DNA of 25,553 nt from Candidatus Altimarinota bacterium. Lineage in GTDB: Bacteria > Patescibacteriota > Gracilibacteria > JBDHUY01. Location of the stretch: the NCBI GenBank assembly GCA_039809385.1, contig JBDHUY010000021.1, positions 1-25,553 of the forward strand, read 5' to 3'. Of the stretch, positions 1-8,072 are shown one piece after another. Numbering within the stretch: the stretch's first letter is position 1; each line of letters starts with the position of its first letter. The position numbers and the translations under genes are program-made. The notes under the pieces were generated by a model. That model had not been told where the DNA came from. It did not search any database and was given only the letters and a program-made list of their open reading frames with translations.

Positions 1-112
1 ATACCTACCAGAGTATGTGAGTGAATTCTGTCTCAGATTTTCCTCACCAGAAATCTTTGATTCTCCTCAATCCTATCTCACCAAATCTCTCAATCCTGTT
101 CCATTTGACTAG

Positions 113-328
113 GGATACCCAATCATAGTGAATGGACAAAATGTCCTAAAGGCTTTTAATGAAGGTTTAAAATATCTTGATAACGCTAATCCAGGAACAT
201 TAAATCGAATTATGCAAGTTGGAGATAAATTCCTACGCGTAATAACAAAAATTGGTTCAGATGAGATTTTTCAAATTCAAGTTGCTAAAACTCTGGATCC
301 TTCCCGTTTTACTCCTTATGTACCATAA
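113..328 (+). pseudogene. Probable C-terminal remnant of a polymorphic toxin tip (ORF track start GTG128)
   Basis: The frame is open from an in-frame TAG (110-112) to TAA328 and ends 3 nt before the next gene, like a toxin-immunity junction. It is AT-rich and lies inside an Rhs orphan array. No Rhs core is attached. Confidence 0.45.
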
Positions 329-331
329 AAA

Positions 332-1408
332 GTGAAACTAGCAAATACTATATGCCCTCGAAAAGGCATCGATACAAAAAATAGCTCACACATCTCAATT
401 CCTGGGCCTAAAAAAGGAGAAACTATTCATAGAATAGACTTACCCTATACGTCGAAAGAATACCTAAGCAATGTGGGCGGTACTGTAGTCTATAATAATG
501 GTGATTTAGCAATAGCACATGGTGGCTATCTTTATCGCGTTAGCAAGGAAGGAAAGATACAGTGGGTAACAGAATTAGTTGAATACAATAAGGGAGATAT
601 ACACTATCACTCAACACCTGTACTATTAGAAAATGAATATATACTGGTAACGCTAGGAGATACGATTTTGTTTTTTGACAAAAATGGTTCCTTAAAATAT
701 TCACTCCAAAAGGAAATGCTTGATGATTCAGGATATTCTCCTAATGTTAGCCTTAAAGGTGAAATAATAATTACCACTCAAGACAATGAACTTTCTATTA
801 TTCGAAAAGGAGAAATTTTCAATCTTGGTGTATTTGGCTATGATTTAATGCCACCTCCAATATATAAAGATGGATCTATAGGGGTAGCAGGGTATTTGGG
901 TACAGGGTTTGCTAGAGTTGACTTGAATGGCAAAATTATCTGGAAATCAGAGCTCATTGATGCGGATGGGTTGGTTGTATTAAACACCAACGATTTTGCC
1001 GCACTGCATTGCTTAAATAAAAATATATCCGTTATATTTGACCCAAATGGAAATCAGGTAGTAACAATACCTAAAACATGCACTTTTTCAGTTTCATCGA
1101 GCAGGGAGTGGATTGCACATTCGGAAGATTCAATCATTAAATTCGATGGAGAAGGCAAGGTTATATGGGAATATCAAGATAGAACTTTGAGAGGCTATAT
1201 TTACAGACCTCCATGGAGTATTCAAACTCTGGTTGATGGCGAAGAGTTCATTTATTCAATTAGTTCAAATGGTATTATTTCTTTAAATACAACTGGAGAG
1301 GCGGAGTTTAAAATAGATTCATTACAGGAAGAGCCAGTTGATTTTTCTATTATTGACAAGAATATGGGAGTTATTTTAACAAATAGCAGTATCTTATACA
1401 TTAGATAA
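332..1408 (+). CDS. PQQ/BamB-like beta-propeller repeat protein, candidate immunity protein
   Basis: Repeated blade motifs (SKEGKIQW, DKNGSLKY, DLNGKIIW, DPNGNQV, DGEGKVIWEY). No obvious signal peptide. Directly follows a toxin-like fragment. Confidence 0.75.
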   Translation: MKLANTICPRKGIDTKNSSHISIPGPKKGETIHRIDLPYTSKEYLSNVGGTVVYNNGDLAIAHGGYLYRVSKEGKIQWVTELVEYNKGDIHYHSTPVLLENEYILVTLGDTILFFDKNGSLKYSLQKEMLDDSGYSPNVSLKGEIIITTQDNELSIIRKGEIFNLGVFGYDLMPPPIYKDGSIGVAGYLGTGFARVDLNGKIIWKSELIDADGLVVLNTNDFAALHCLNKNISVIFDPNGNQVVTIPKTCTFSVSSSREWIAHSEDSIIKFDGEGKVIWEYQDRTLRGYIYRPPWSIQTLVDGEEFIYSISSNGIISLNTTGEAEFKIDSLQEEPVDFSIIDKNMGVILTNSSILYIR

Positions 1409-1560
1409 CTGATGTATTTTCTGCAGGATCAAGTCTCCGGACTTGATCCGCACGATTAGCAAAACAACTCTCTCGGCAAAGGCCAGAGCGTCTCCCTCGA
1501 GACCGATGTGGCAACAAACACGACGAATACCATCTACCACCATACCGACCATCTGACGGG
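1344..1560 (+). repeat. Cassette-junction repeat, copy 1 (propeller 3' end + hairpin + start of Rhs core)
   Basis: Aligns by eye with 2976-3204. Segments 1344-1408 and 2976-3040 match at 58/65 nt. Confidence 0.9.
1426..1449. other. Perfect 10-bp hairpin GGATCAAGTC-TCCG-GACTTGATCC at Rhs cassette 5' boundary
   Basis: Inverted repeat seen directly. No following U-tract on either strand. Confidence 0.9.
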
Positions 1561-2533
1561 AAGCAGTATCGAAACTGATAGTTCTGGATCAGTCCTTCAA
1601 GTACAAGATTATTTACCTTTTGGCAGCCAACGTATTAATTCGCAAAGTGGGGAATACGATAACAAAAAGAAATTTGCCGGCAAGGACTACGATCCTGAAA
1701 CTGAGTTGACCTACTTTGGCGCACGTTACTATGATCCTGAGATTGGAAGATTTTTTGGTTGGGATCCTATCCAGATGGACGTAAAAATGATGGTCGAGAA
1801 AAATGAACTGAATGGATACAGATATGCAAAGAATAACCCGCTTAAATGGGTAGATATCATAGGTTTAGCAAGCGCTTTAGTTGTATATGGCCAGGGGTTT
1901 CCTGAGGGGCGTGGAGATTATGGAGAGACTAACGATACGTGGAAACAAAAAGCTGAGGCCAGAGTTAGAGAATTACAAGATATAGATAACAAAAGAATAC
2001 AAAATGGACAGGATCCACTTTACAGTGATGGTATATATGCAGTTGATGGTTCAACCTTTGAGAACTGGAATACTGCACTTACGACTTACAAAGATATCTC
2101 GGTGATTGAGTATTACGGACACGCAGATGGAGACGCTTTATATATTAGAGAAGTTTCAACAGCAGATGGATATAGATATGAATCACTCTATAAAGATGAT
2201 ACTGACAAAATATTAGAAGCATATTCTGATGGGACATCTGACCACTATATCTCTAGTTTATCACGTGGTAATACTACTAATAATTTGCAAATTCATCTCT
2301 GGGCATGCAATACTACTTACGGCGTAGCACAATCATTTGCGAACCACTTTGGCTCACCGGTATTAGGCTCTTATGCACTTGTTAATTTCGAGGGGCATAA
2401 ACCCTATGTTAAATGGTTCAGGCAGTTTCCTTTCTTTGACGGTGGTTTTAAATGGATATTTCCTGGATCTAATAATCAAAAGAGATATGACCCAAGTAAT
2501 AATTATGAGAAGCAATTTCAAAGGTCTTACTAA
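1508..2533 (+). CDS. Orphan Rhs-associated core + C-terminal caspase-hemoglobinase-fold (C80/CHAT/DUF4347-like) cysteine peptidase toxin
   Basis: Rhs core motifs YHHTDHLTGS, DYLPFG, YFGARYYDPEIGRF and Y.YA.NNPLKWVDIIG. The tip carries YYGH and LWACNT, a His/Cys dyad pattern. The frame is open from 1460 without a start codon. Confidence 0.85.
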   Translation: MATNTTNTIYHHTDHLTGSSIETDSSGSVLQVQDYLPFGSQRINSQSGEYDNKKKFAGKDYDPETELTYFGARYYDPEIGRFFGWDPIQMDVKMMVEKNELNGYRYAKNNPLKWVDIIGLASALVVYGQGFPEGRGDYGETNDTWKQKAEARVRELQDIDNKRIQNGQDPLYSDGIYAVDGSTFENWNTALTTYKDISVIEYYGHADGDALYIREVSTADGYRYESLYKDDTDKILEAYSDGTSDHYISSLSRGNTTNNLQIHLWACNTTYGVAQSFANHFGSPVLGSYALVNFEGHKPYVKWFRQFPFFDGGFKWIFPGSNNQKRYDPSNNYEKQFQRSY

Positions 2534-2553
2534 ATGATCTAGATTTCTAATAT

Positions 2554-2943
2554 ATGATAAAAGATTTGAAGCCGTTTCCCTCAAAAGTTCTTTATGTATC
2601 ACAGTTTTTATTGTTACTTATAGGTGTATTATCAATTTCATTGATTGTCATAAAAGCTAGTGGAGATATTCACGAAACAACAGGTTGTGATGTTTTTACG
2701 GTTGGTTACTCGATAATAATAATTGGGTTACTAGTAAGTATAGGGATTTCAATAAAGATTCTAAAAACAGAACAAAACCTCAGAAACCTAGCTCTCTACG
2801 TACCCATGATTTTTATGATAGCATTTCTTTTTCTTTGGGGGAGCTATAAGTTTGGGTATATAGGTATTTATGAGTACACCATTGGAAATCCTCCAAGATA
2901 TTGTAATGCATTATTACATTTTTTTTCTCCTTCATATAGATAA
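2554..2943 (+). CDS. Small three-TM membrane protein, candidate cognate immunity protein
   Basis: Starts 20 nt after the toxin stop, has three hydrophobic segments and shares the low GC of the toxin tip. Confidence 0.7.
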   Translation: MIKDLKPFPSKVLYVSQFLLLLIGVLSISLIVIKASGDIHETTGCDVFTVGYSIIIIGLLVSIGISIKILKTEQNLRNLALYVPMIFMIAFLFLWGSYKFGYIGIYEYTIGNPPRYCNALLHFFSPSYR

Positions 2944-2975
2944 CGTCAGCTCTTATTTACAATCAACCTGAAAAC

Positions 2976-3204
2976 TTTCTATCATTGACAAGAATATGGG
3001 AGTTGTTTTAACAACTAACGGTATTTTATACATTAGATAGATGATCGGTAATTAGGCTTTTTTTCTGCAGGATCAAGTCTTCGGACTTGATCCTCACGAT
3101 TAACAAAACAACCTCCTGGGCAAGGGTCAGAGTGTCTCCCTCGAGACCGACGTGGCCACCAATACGACCGCTACGATCTACCACCACACCGATCATCTCA
3201 CCGG
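2976..3204 (+). repeat. Cassette-junction repeat, copy 2
   Basis: Contains a non-coding copy of the propeller C-terminus (SIIDKNMGVVLTTNGILYIR*), the hairpin at 3069-3094 and QNNLLGKGQSVSLETDVATNT. Confidence 0.9.
3069..3094. other. 11-bp hairpin AGGATCAAGTC-TTCG-GACTTGATCCT (cUUCGg tetraloop)
   Basis: Perfect inverted repeat at the same position relative to the Rhs breakpoint as copy 1. Confidence 0.9.
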
Positions 3205-4117
3205 TGCAGCCGTCGATACCGACCAGGGTGGTTACCTCCTTCAGGTCCAGGACTACCTCCCTTTCGGCACCAACCGCCTCGACCAGCGTTTCCAGTCCTA
3301 CGACAACAACAAAAAATTCACCGGCAAAGAACTGGATACCGAGTCCGGTTTGTACTACTATGGCGCCAGGTACTACGACTCCGATATTGGCAAATGGATG
3401 GGGGTCGATCCGGAGAATATTGAAGCATTAAGCTCAAAAGACATCTACAATCCTCAGGAGCTGAATTCTTACAGTTACGTATTAAACAATCCACTTAAAT
3501 ATATTGATCCGAATGGAAAGTGGGTCTCAGTCGCTGTTAGAATTATAGTAATCGGCATAGGAGTATTGGGCGATCTATTTTCCGACATACCTCAAGCAGG
3601 TGATAATGCCACTAATCAAAAAAAAGAAGCCCTCTTGAATGGTGGACCGGGGTTAATGCTCTCAGCAATTGCCCAAAGAGGAAAGAATCTTTTAAAACCC
3701 CTGGCAGCTCAAGCGGTGAAGCAAGTTGCTAAACTTGCCGATGATATCACAAAACCCGTTTCGGAGGTAGTAGAAGAGGCAGCTGCAAAGCTTATTACGG
3801 AAGAAGGAAAAGGTATAAGATCATATGATACGGTAAAGTGGGACCATATTACTTCAAATCATTTCGAGTCAAGTACCAAAAGTAAATCCACATTCTATAC
3901 CAATTCTCAAGGTATTGTTAGCGACTATATTGATGACACAATTCAAACAGGTAGTTACAAATTAGAAAATGGTGATTTCGTTTTCGAAAAGAAACTTGAT
4001 AACGTTATTGGCTTTGATAAGTATGGAAACGATAGCAAAACTATTCGAGTTATAAGAGGAACAGATGAACATGGAAACTCGTTTATTAAAAGCGCTTACC
4101 CCATTGAGGATAAATAA
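3152..4117 (+). CDS. Orphan Rhs-associated core + C-terminal putative ribonuclease toxin (BECR/EndoU-like)
   Basis: Rhs motifs FTGKELDTESGLYYYGARYYD and NNPLKYIDPNG. The tip has WDHITSNH..KSTF...IRV...SAYP, a pattern seen in polymorphic RNase toxins. The frame is open from 3104. Confidence 0.85.
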   Translation: MATNTTATIYHHTDHLTGAAVDTDQGGYLLQVQDYLPFGTNRLDQRFQSYDNNKKFTGKELDTESGLYYYGARYYDSDIGKWMGVDPENIEALSSKDIYNPQELNSYSYVLNNPLKYIDPNGKWVSVAVRIIVIGIGVLGDLFSDIPQAGDNATNQKKEALLNGGPGLMLSAIAQRGKNLLKPLAAQAVKQVAKLADDITKPVSEVVEEAAAKLITEEGKGIRSYDTVKWDHITSNHFESSTKSKSTFYTNSQGIVSDYIDDTIQTGSYKLENGDFVFEKKLDNVIGFDKYGNDSKTIRVIRGTDEHGNSFIKSAYPIEDK

Positions 4118-4150
4118 TATTTTCTATCCTATCCTGACTGAGTTAGAAAT

Positions 4151-4723
4151 ATGATACATCTAGATTTTAAAGTAGACACTAAGGATATGATCCTACAAGA
4201 ACAAATAGATTTGCTGTACGAGAATTTAGAGAATAAACCTATATCGTACAGCAAAGAAAAGGGGCTGAGTTTCGATTTAGACAAAATCTCTGCTGATTTT
4301 CATTTATTGTATGATAGTAAGGATCTCTTTTCAGTGGAAATCAATGGAAAGATACAACCATGCGTAAATGAATTATTATTTGATACTTTGAGAGGATTTA
4401 TTTGGATAATACGTGAACTAGAGGCAAAGATACAACATACTAGAGTTATGTTCTTAGACGGATCCGGTTATCTCTATATAACTCGATTAGACAATTATGA
4501 CATTAGTATTCAATATGATGACGAATTAAAATATAAATCTGAAGTGGTAATTGTAAAGCTCTGGGATTGGTATTTTTGTGTAGCTCAACTTGGATATGAC
4601 ATACTGAACTATTTTGAAAACCATAAGAATGGATTTAAAGTCTTGGCTCCATTTGTTCGTTTAAAAGAACATTTAGATGAGATTTGGAAATTAGGTGAAT
4701 CGTTGCGCCAATCAAGATCCTAA
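4151..4723 (+). CDS. Soluble acidic/aromatic protein, candidate cognate immunity protein
   Basis: Immediately downstream of the toxin, AT-rich, 190 aa, no TM segment. Confidence 0.7.
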   Translation: MIHLDFKVDTKDMILQEQIDLLYENLENKPISYSKEKGLSFDLDKISADFHLLYDSKDLFSVEINGKIQPCVNELLFDTLRGFIWIIRELEAKIQHTRVMFLDGSGYLYITRLDNYDISIQYDDELKYKSEVVIVKLWDWYFCVAQLGYDILNYFENHKNGFKVLAPFVRLKEHLDEIWKLGESLRQSRS

Positions 4724-4888
4724 AGAGCTATCAATGCACGTCACTGTATATTTACCCGCATAGATGATACAAGATGGTAACTTCGATGAAGTAAGCATCG
4801 AAGACGTAGTAAGTTTTTCATTGAGTTCAAAGTTTGCTTCGATTCAAAAATTTACCTTACTTGGTATCCTAACCCACTGACTCGCTTC

Positions 4889-5566
4889 ATGATATTCTCC
4901 AAAAAACAGCAAGATGCCTCCACCCCCGAACAGATAACCGCATTCATTTTATCCGAAATGAAGAAAACATCGGACCAGAGAACGATGCGAGCAAAACTGG
5001 AATCCCGATTTATGCTGCCCGCCGAAACAGCCCAGATGGTCATAGACCAAACTGTCCCCATAGCATTGCAACAAGCCGAACGCGAGAAGTTCGAAACACA
5101 CCACTTCCCTATGGCTATCGCGGGAGGACTGCTAGCCGCCCTGATCGGAGGAGGAGTTTGGGCAGCCGTTACCTATTTCACCGAATACGAAGCGGGCTAT
5201 ATCGCCATAGGAGTAGGACTGCTAGCCGGGTATGCCGTAGTATGGATGACTGGCGGTCGGAAAGGCTTTATACTGCAGATTATTGCAATATTATCCGGTC
5301 TCCTTGCCATTGCGATCGGAAAATATTTCGCCGTATACTTTATTGTAAAAAAAGTAGTAGCCGAGCAGTACGGAGCTTCCATCGCCGACAGCATTTCGTT
5401 TCTCTCTCCTGATTTTTGGGAAGGATTCAAAGAAGTATTCTGGGAAATCCTAAGTCCCTACGACGTACTGTGGGTCGTTCTAGCTGTATACAGCGCCTGG
5501 AAAATACCACAGGCATTTAAAGTACAATCCTCTCCAACCGTCACATCAAAAAAAGAGCTCCTCTGA
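4889..5566 (+). CDS. Hypothetical multi-pass membrane protein
   Basis: Soluble helical N-terminus followed by about four Gly/Ala-rich TM segments. Confidence 0.8.
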   Translation: MIFSKKQQDASTPEQITAFILSEMKKTSDQRTMRAKLESRFMLPAETAQMVIDQTVPIALQQAEREKFETHHFPMAIAGGLLAALIGGGVWAAVTYFTEYEAGYIAIGVGLLAGYAVVWMTGGRKGFILQIIAILSGLLAIAIGKYFAVYFIVKKVVAEQYGASIADSISFLSPDFWEGFKEVFWEILSPYDVLWVVLAVYSAWKIPQAFKVQSSPTVTSKKELL

Positions 5567-5618
5567 TAGGAAAACCCCGCCAAATAAATATACTAGTCCG
5601 CTCAAGAATATTGATATT

Positions 5619-6650
5619 ATGTCTCTCGTTATTCCGCAGACCTTTATCGGCTCCTGTCGAAGACTGCTCAGCAAGAAATTACCAAAAGAACTGCAAGGAC
5701 GCTTGTTCGTCCCCGACGACCATTTCTACGAAGAATATCTGCAGGAAAAGAACAAGGTGTATGCCCTGGAAGACATAGCCAAAAAAATCGCGACCTGGTT
5801 AGATATTCGGATAGAAAATTGTACCTTTGATTTTTTTCGTCCCCGTCAGATCGGACCGCCGATATCCTATGATACCGCCGGGCTGTACTTTGAGAAACCG
5901 GAAACCATTCTCATTCATGAAAAATACAAGCACGATCCTCTCAGTCTTGGCGCCATTCTAGCCCACGAGATGATGCACCTGTATTTGTTTCGCAATAATA
6001 TTGTACTCCCGGATTCCCATGAAAATGAACTCTTAACTGACCTGGCCAGTATCGAGATGGGATTGGGATTACTCGTATTGAACGGATTTCAACGCGTAAA
6101 TCATTGGTGGATCAGCGCCATTGGCATACTCGGCGGCTGGTTCATCTCGGGAGTCAAAACATCCGGCTTCGGCTATATCAAAGATATACATTATGCCGAT
6201 TTGGTGGGAAACTATATCCGGAAAAAGAAGATCACCGAAAACCGTTTTCACGGAGCGATCACGCCGAGAGCTGTCAGACTGCTAAAAAGATCCCTCCCAA
6301 TATCCAAGCCCATTACAAAAAACAGATTCTTACAGGGAAAACAACGTTCCCATCGCATATACACGCTTGTACAATTACTAGTGATTGCCATAACTTTTTT
6401 GGCACTGTATAGAACCGGAGTATTAGGCGCACTATGGGAACGGATGACTGGCAAAGACTGTGATCTGCCTCTCTATATCCTGGCTCAAGAGATTCAAAAA
6501 AAGGATGATGAACTTTCCAATATGTCTCATCCGTTTGATACAAAGATTATAGAACGTTTACGACAAGAACGCCAAGAGCTGTTTCAAAAGTATGAAAATC
6601 TGCAAAACGAGTGTGGGATAAAACCAACTCCTAAGAATTTGAATCTCTAA
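5619..6650 (+). CDS. Membrane-anchored HEXXH zinc-metallopeptidase-like protein
   Basis: LAHEMMHLYL with downstream ENELLTDL (possible third ligand), hydrophobic segments and a C-terminal coiled coil. Confidence 0.75.
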   Translation: MSLVIPQTFIGSCRRLLSKKLPKELQGRLFVPDDHFYEEYLQEKNKVYALEDIAKKIATWLDIRIENCTFDFFRPRQIGPPISYDTAGLYFEKPETILIHEKYKHDPLSLGAILAHEMMHLYLFRNNIVLPDSHENELLTDLASIEMGLGLLVLNGFQRVNHWWISAIGILGGWFISGVKTSGFGYIKDIHYADLVGNYIRKKKITENRFHGAITPRAVRLLKRSLPISKPITKNRFLQGKQRSHRIYTLVQLLVIAITFLALYRTGVLGALWERMTGKDCDLPLYILAQEIQKKDDELSNMSHPFDTKIIERLRQERQELFQKYENLQNECGIKPTPKNLNL

Positions 6651-6654
6651 TTCT

Positions 6655-7149
6655 ATGTCTCCTCTGGCCTCGATTGAAACAGACCTTACCATTTCCGATC
6701 TGGAAGCACTTGGCAAACACCTCAAAAGATCATCCTATTTTATATGGATATTTCGTTTAGCATGCATTCCGATAATCCTCATTCTCTTGTGGAGCAGCTT
6801 CCAGCCTCCGATACATATCACGAATATTATTATTTCCGTGGGGATCCTTGCCTATTTTTTTACTCAAACCGACTTTTATATAAAGTACAAGTTTATAAAA
6901 TATATCCGAAATCATCCATCTGCTATCGGAAAAAGAGTCTATGAAATCCGCCCCGAAGGCCTCTTTGTCAAAGACGAATACGGCGATGGAATCAGATATT
7001 GGAAGCTTTTTAAAAAGCTCCAAGAAACGGAAACGCATCTATTTCTCTTTATCGGCCCCCACCAAGCATATATCCTTCCCAAACGAGCCTTTGCTTCCGA
7101 GACCGAACAAAAAAGCTGGATCTCCGCTTTCAGAGAGAAAATGCAGTAG
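6655..7149 (+). CDS. YcxB-family membrane protein
   Basis: Two N-terminal TMs followed by W..F....ET..HLFLF......YILPKRAF, the YcxB C-terminal pattern. Confidence 0.85.
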   Translation: MSPLASIETDLTISDLEALGKHLKRSSYFIWIFRLACIPIILILLWSSFQPPIHITNIIISVGILAYFFTQTDFYIKYKFIKYIRNHPSAIGKRVYEIRPEGLFVKDEYGDGIRYWKLFKKLQETETHLFLFIGPHQAYILPKRAFASETEQKSWISAFREKMQ

Positions 7150-7153
7150 AACG

Positions 7154-8053
7154 TTACACCCCCTCCTTTTTCCCCACCAACTCCAGAAACGACTCCTCGA
7201 GCGGCGTCCCCACCACAATCTGACGCACACCCACCTGGTGCCGGTGCAATAATTCCGAAATCGTCCAGTTCACCTCCTCCAGACTCGCCTGCTCCGGATC
7301 AAACGACACCGACAACACCTGCGTGTCGGCAGCATAGGTTTTCTCCAGTAGCCACGGATACTCCCCGATTCGTGCCGGATCCAAGGAAGGAGTAATGTGA
7401 AACTCTACCCGCGATCCGGTTTTGGTCAGTTCCTCAAGCGGCCCCTCGAACCGCATCCGTCCTTCGTGAATGATCCCGATCGTTTGCGAAATCTCCGAAA
7501 TCTCGTGCAGATTATGCGAACTGATCACCACTGTTTTGGAAACAGCCAACTCGGTAACCAGCGTACGTATCTGAAACGCGCTCTCGGGATCCAGACCTGC
7601 CGTAGGCTCGTCCAAAAGCAGAATATCCGGATTTCCCAGCAACGCCTGCGCAATCCCCAGACGTTTGTACATACCATGCGACATCTTTTCCGGCGACACG
7701 TGCCCCTTGTCGGCCAACCCCACCTGTTCCAGGACCCTCAGCGCTTCTTTTTTTCGAAGCTGGGGGGCAACCGAACTCAGCGCGGCCAGAAATTCCAACT
7801 GATTCGCGGCTTTGCGACCCCGGAAAAACCGGGCGTCCTGCGGCATGACCGAGAGCGTCCCGGAACGTACAAACGTTCCGGAATTCGCTTTGATAAACCC
7901 GGCCAGAATCCCAAACGTGGTCGTTTTGCCAGCCCCGTTCACCCCCAAAAAACCGTAGACTCCTGTGCGGGGTACATGCATCGAGACCCCCTGCAAGGTA
8001 GTCTTGCGACCGTAGTGTTTTACCAACATGTCTGTCGTCAGGGCGTAGTCCAT
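7154..8053 (-). CDS. ABC transporter ATP-binding protein (exporter type)
   Basis: Walker A GVNGAGKTT, signature MSHGM, Walker B ILLLDEPTAGLDP, H-loop SSH. Confidence 0.95.
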   Translation of the reverse strand: MDYALTTDMLVKHYGRKTTLQGVSMHVPRTGVYGFLGVNGAGKTTTFGILAGFIKANSGTFVRSGTLSVMPQDARFFRGRKAANQLEFLAALSSVAPQLRKKEALRVLEQVGLADKGHVSPEKMSHGMYKRLGIAQALLGNPDILLLDEPTAGLDPESAFQIRTLVTELAVSKTVVISSHNLHEISEISQTIGIIHEGRMRFEGPLEELTKTGSRVEFHITPSLDPARIGEYPWLLEKTYAADTQVLSVSFDPEQASLEEVNWTISELLHRHQVGVRQIVVGTPLEESFLELVGKKEGV

Positions 8054-8072
8054 GGGAAAAGCGAATAAAGAA

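Noticed and set aside
2-112. Open frame at the window start as the end of an upstream gene
   Set aside because: Only 36 codons, overlapping a low-complexity CTCAATCCT duplication. Needs upstream sequence.
1426-1449. Junction hairpin as an intrinsic terminator or integron attC site
   Set aside because: No downstream U-tract on either strand, no RYYYAAC...GTTRRRY core pair bracketing it, and it is too short for attC.
1344-3094. DGR variable/template repeat pair (gene 3' end repeat followed by a tetraloop hairpin)
   Set aside because: The seven mismatches (T/C, A/G, A/C, G/A, A/G, C/T, A/G) are not adenine-specific in either copy, and no reverse transcriptase gene is in the window.
4764-4880. 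38-codon ORF (MIQDGNFDEVSIEDV...) and 8-bp inverted repeat at 4781-4803 ending the Rhs array
   Set aside because: Too short to support as a gene, and the hairpin lacks an adjacent U-tract. It may be an immunity-gene remnant, but this cannot be shown from the sequence.
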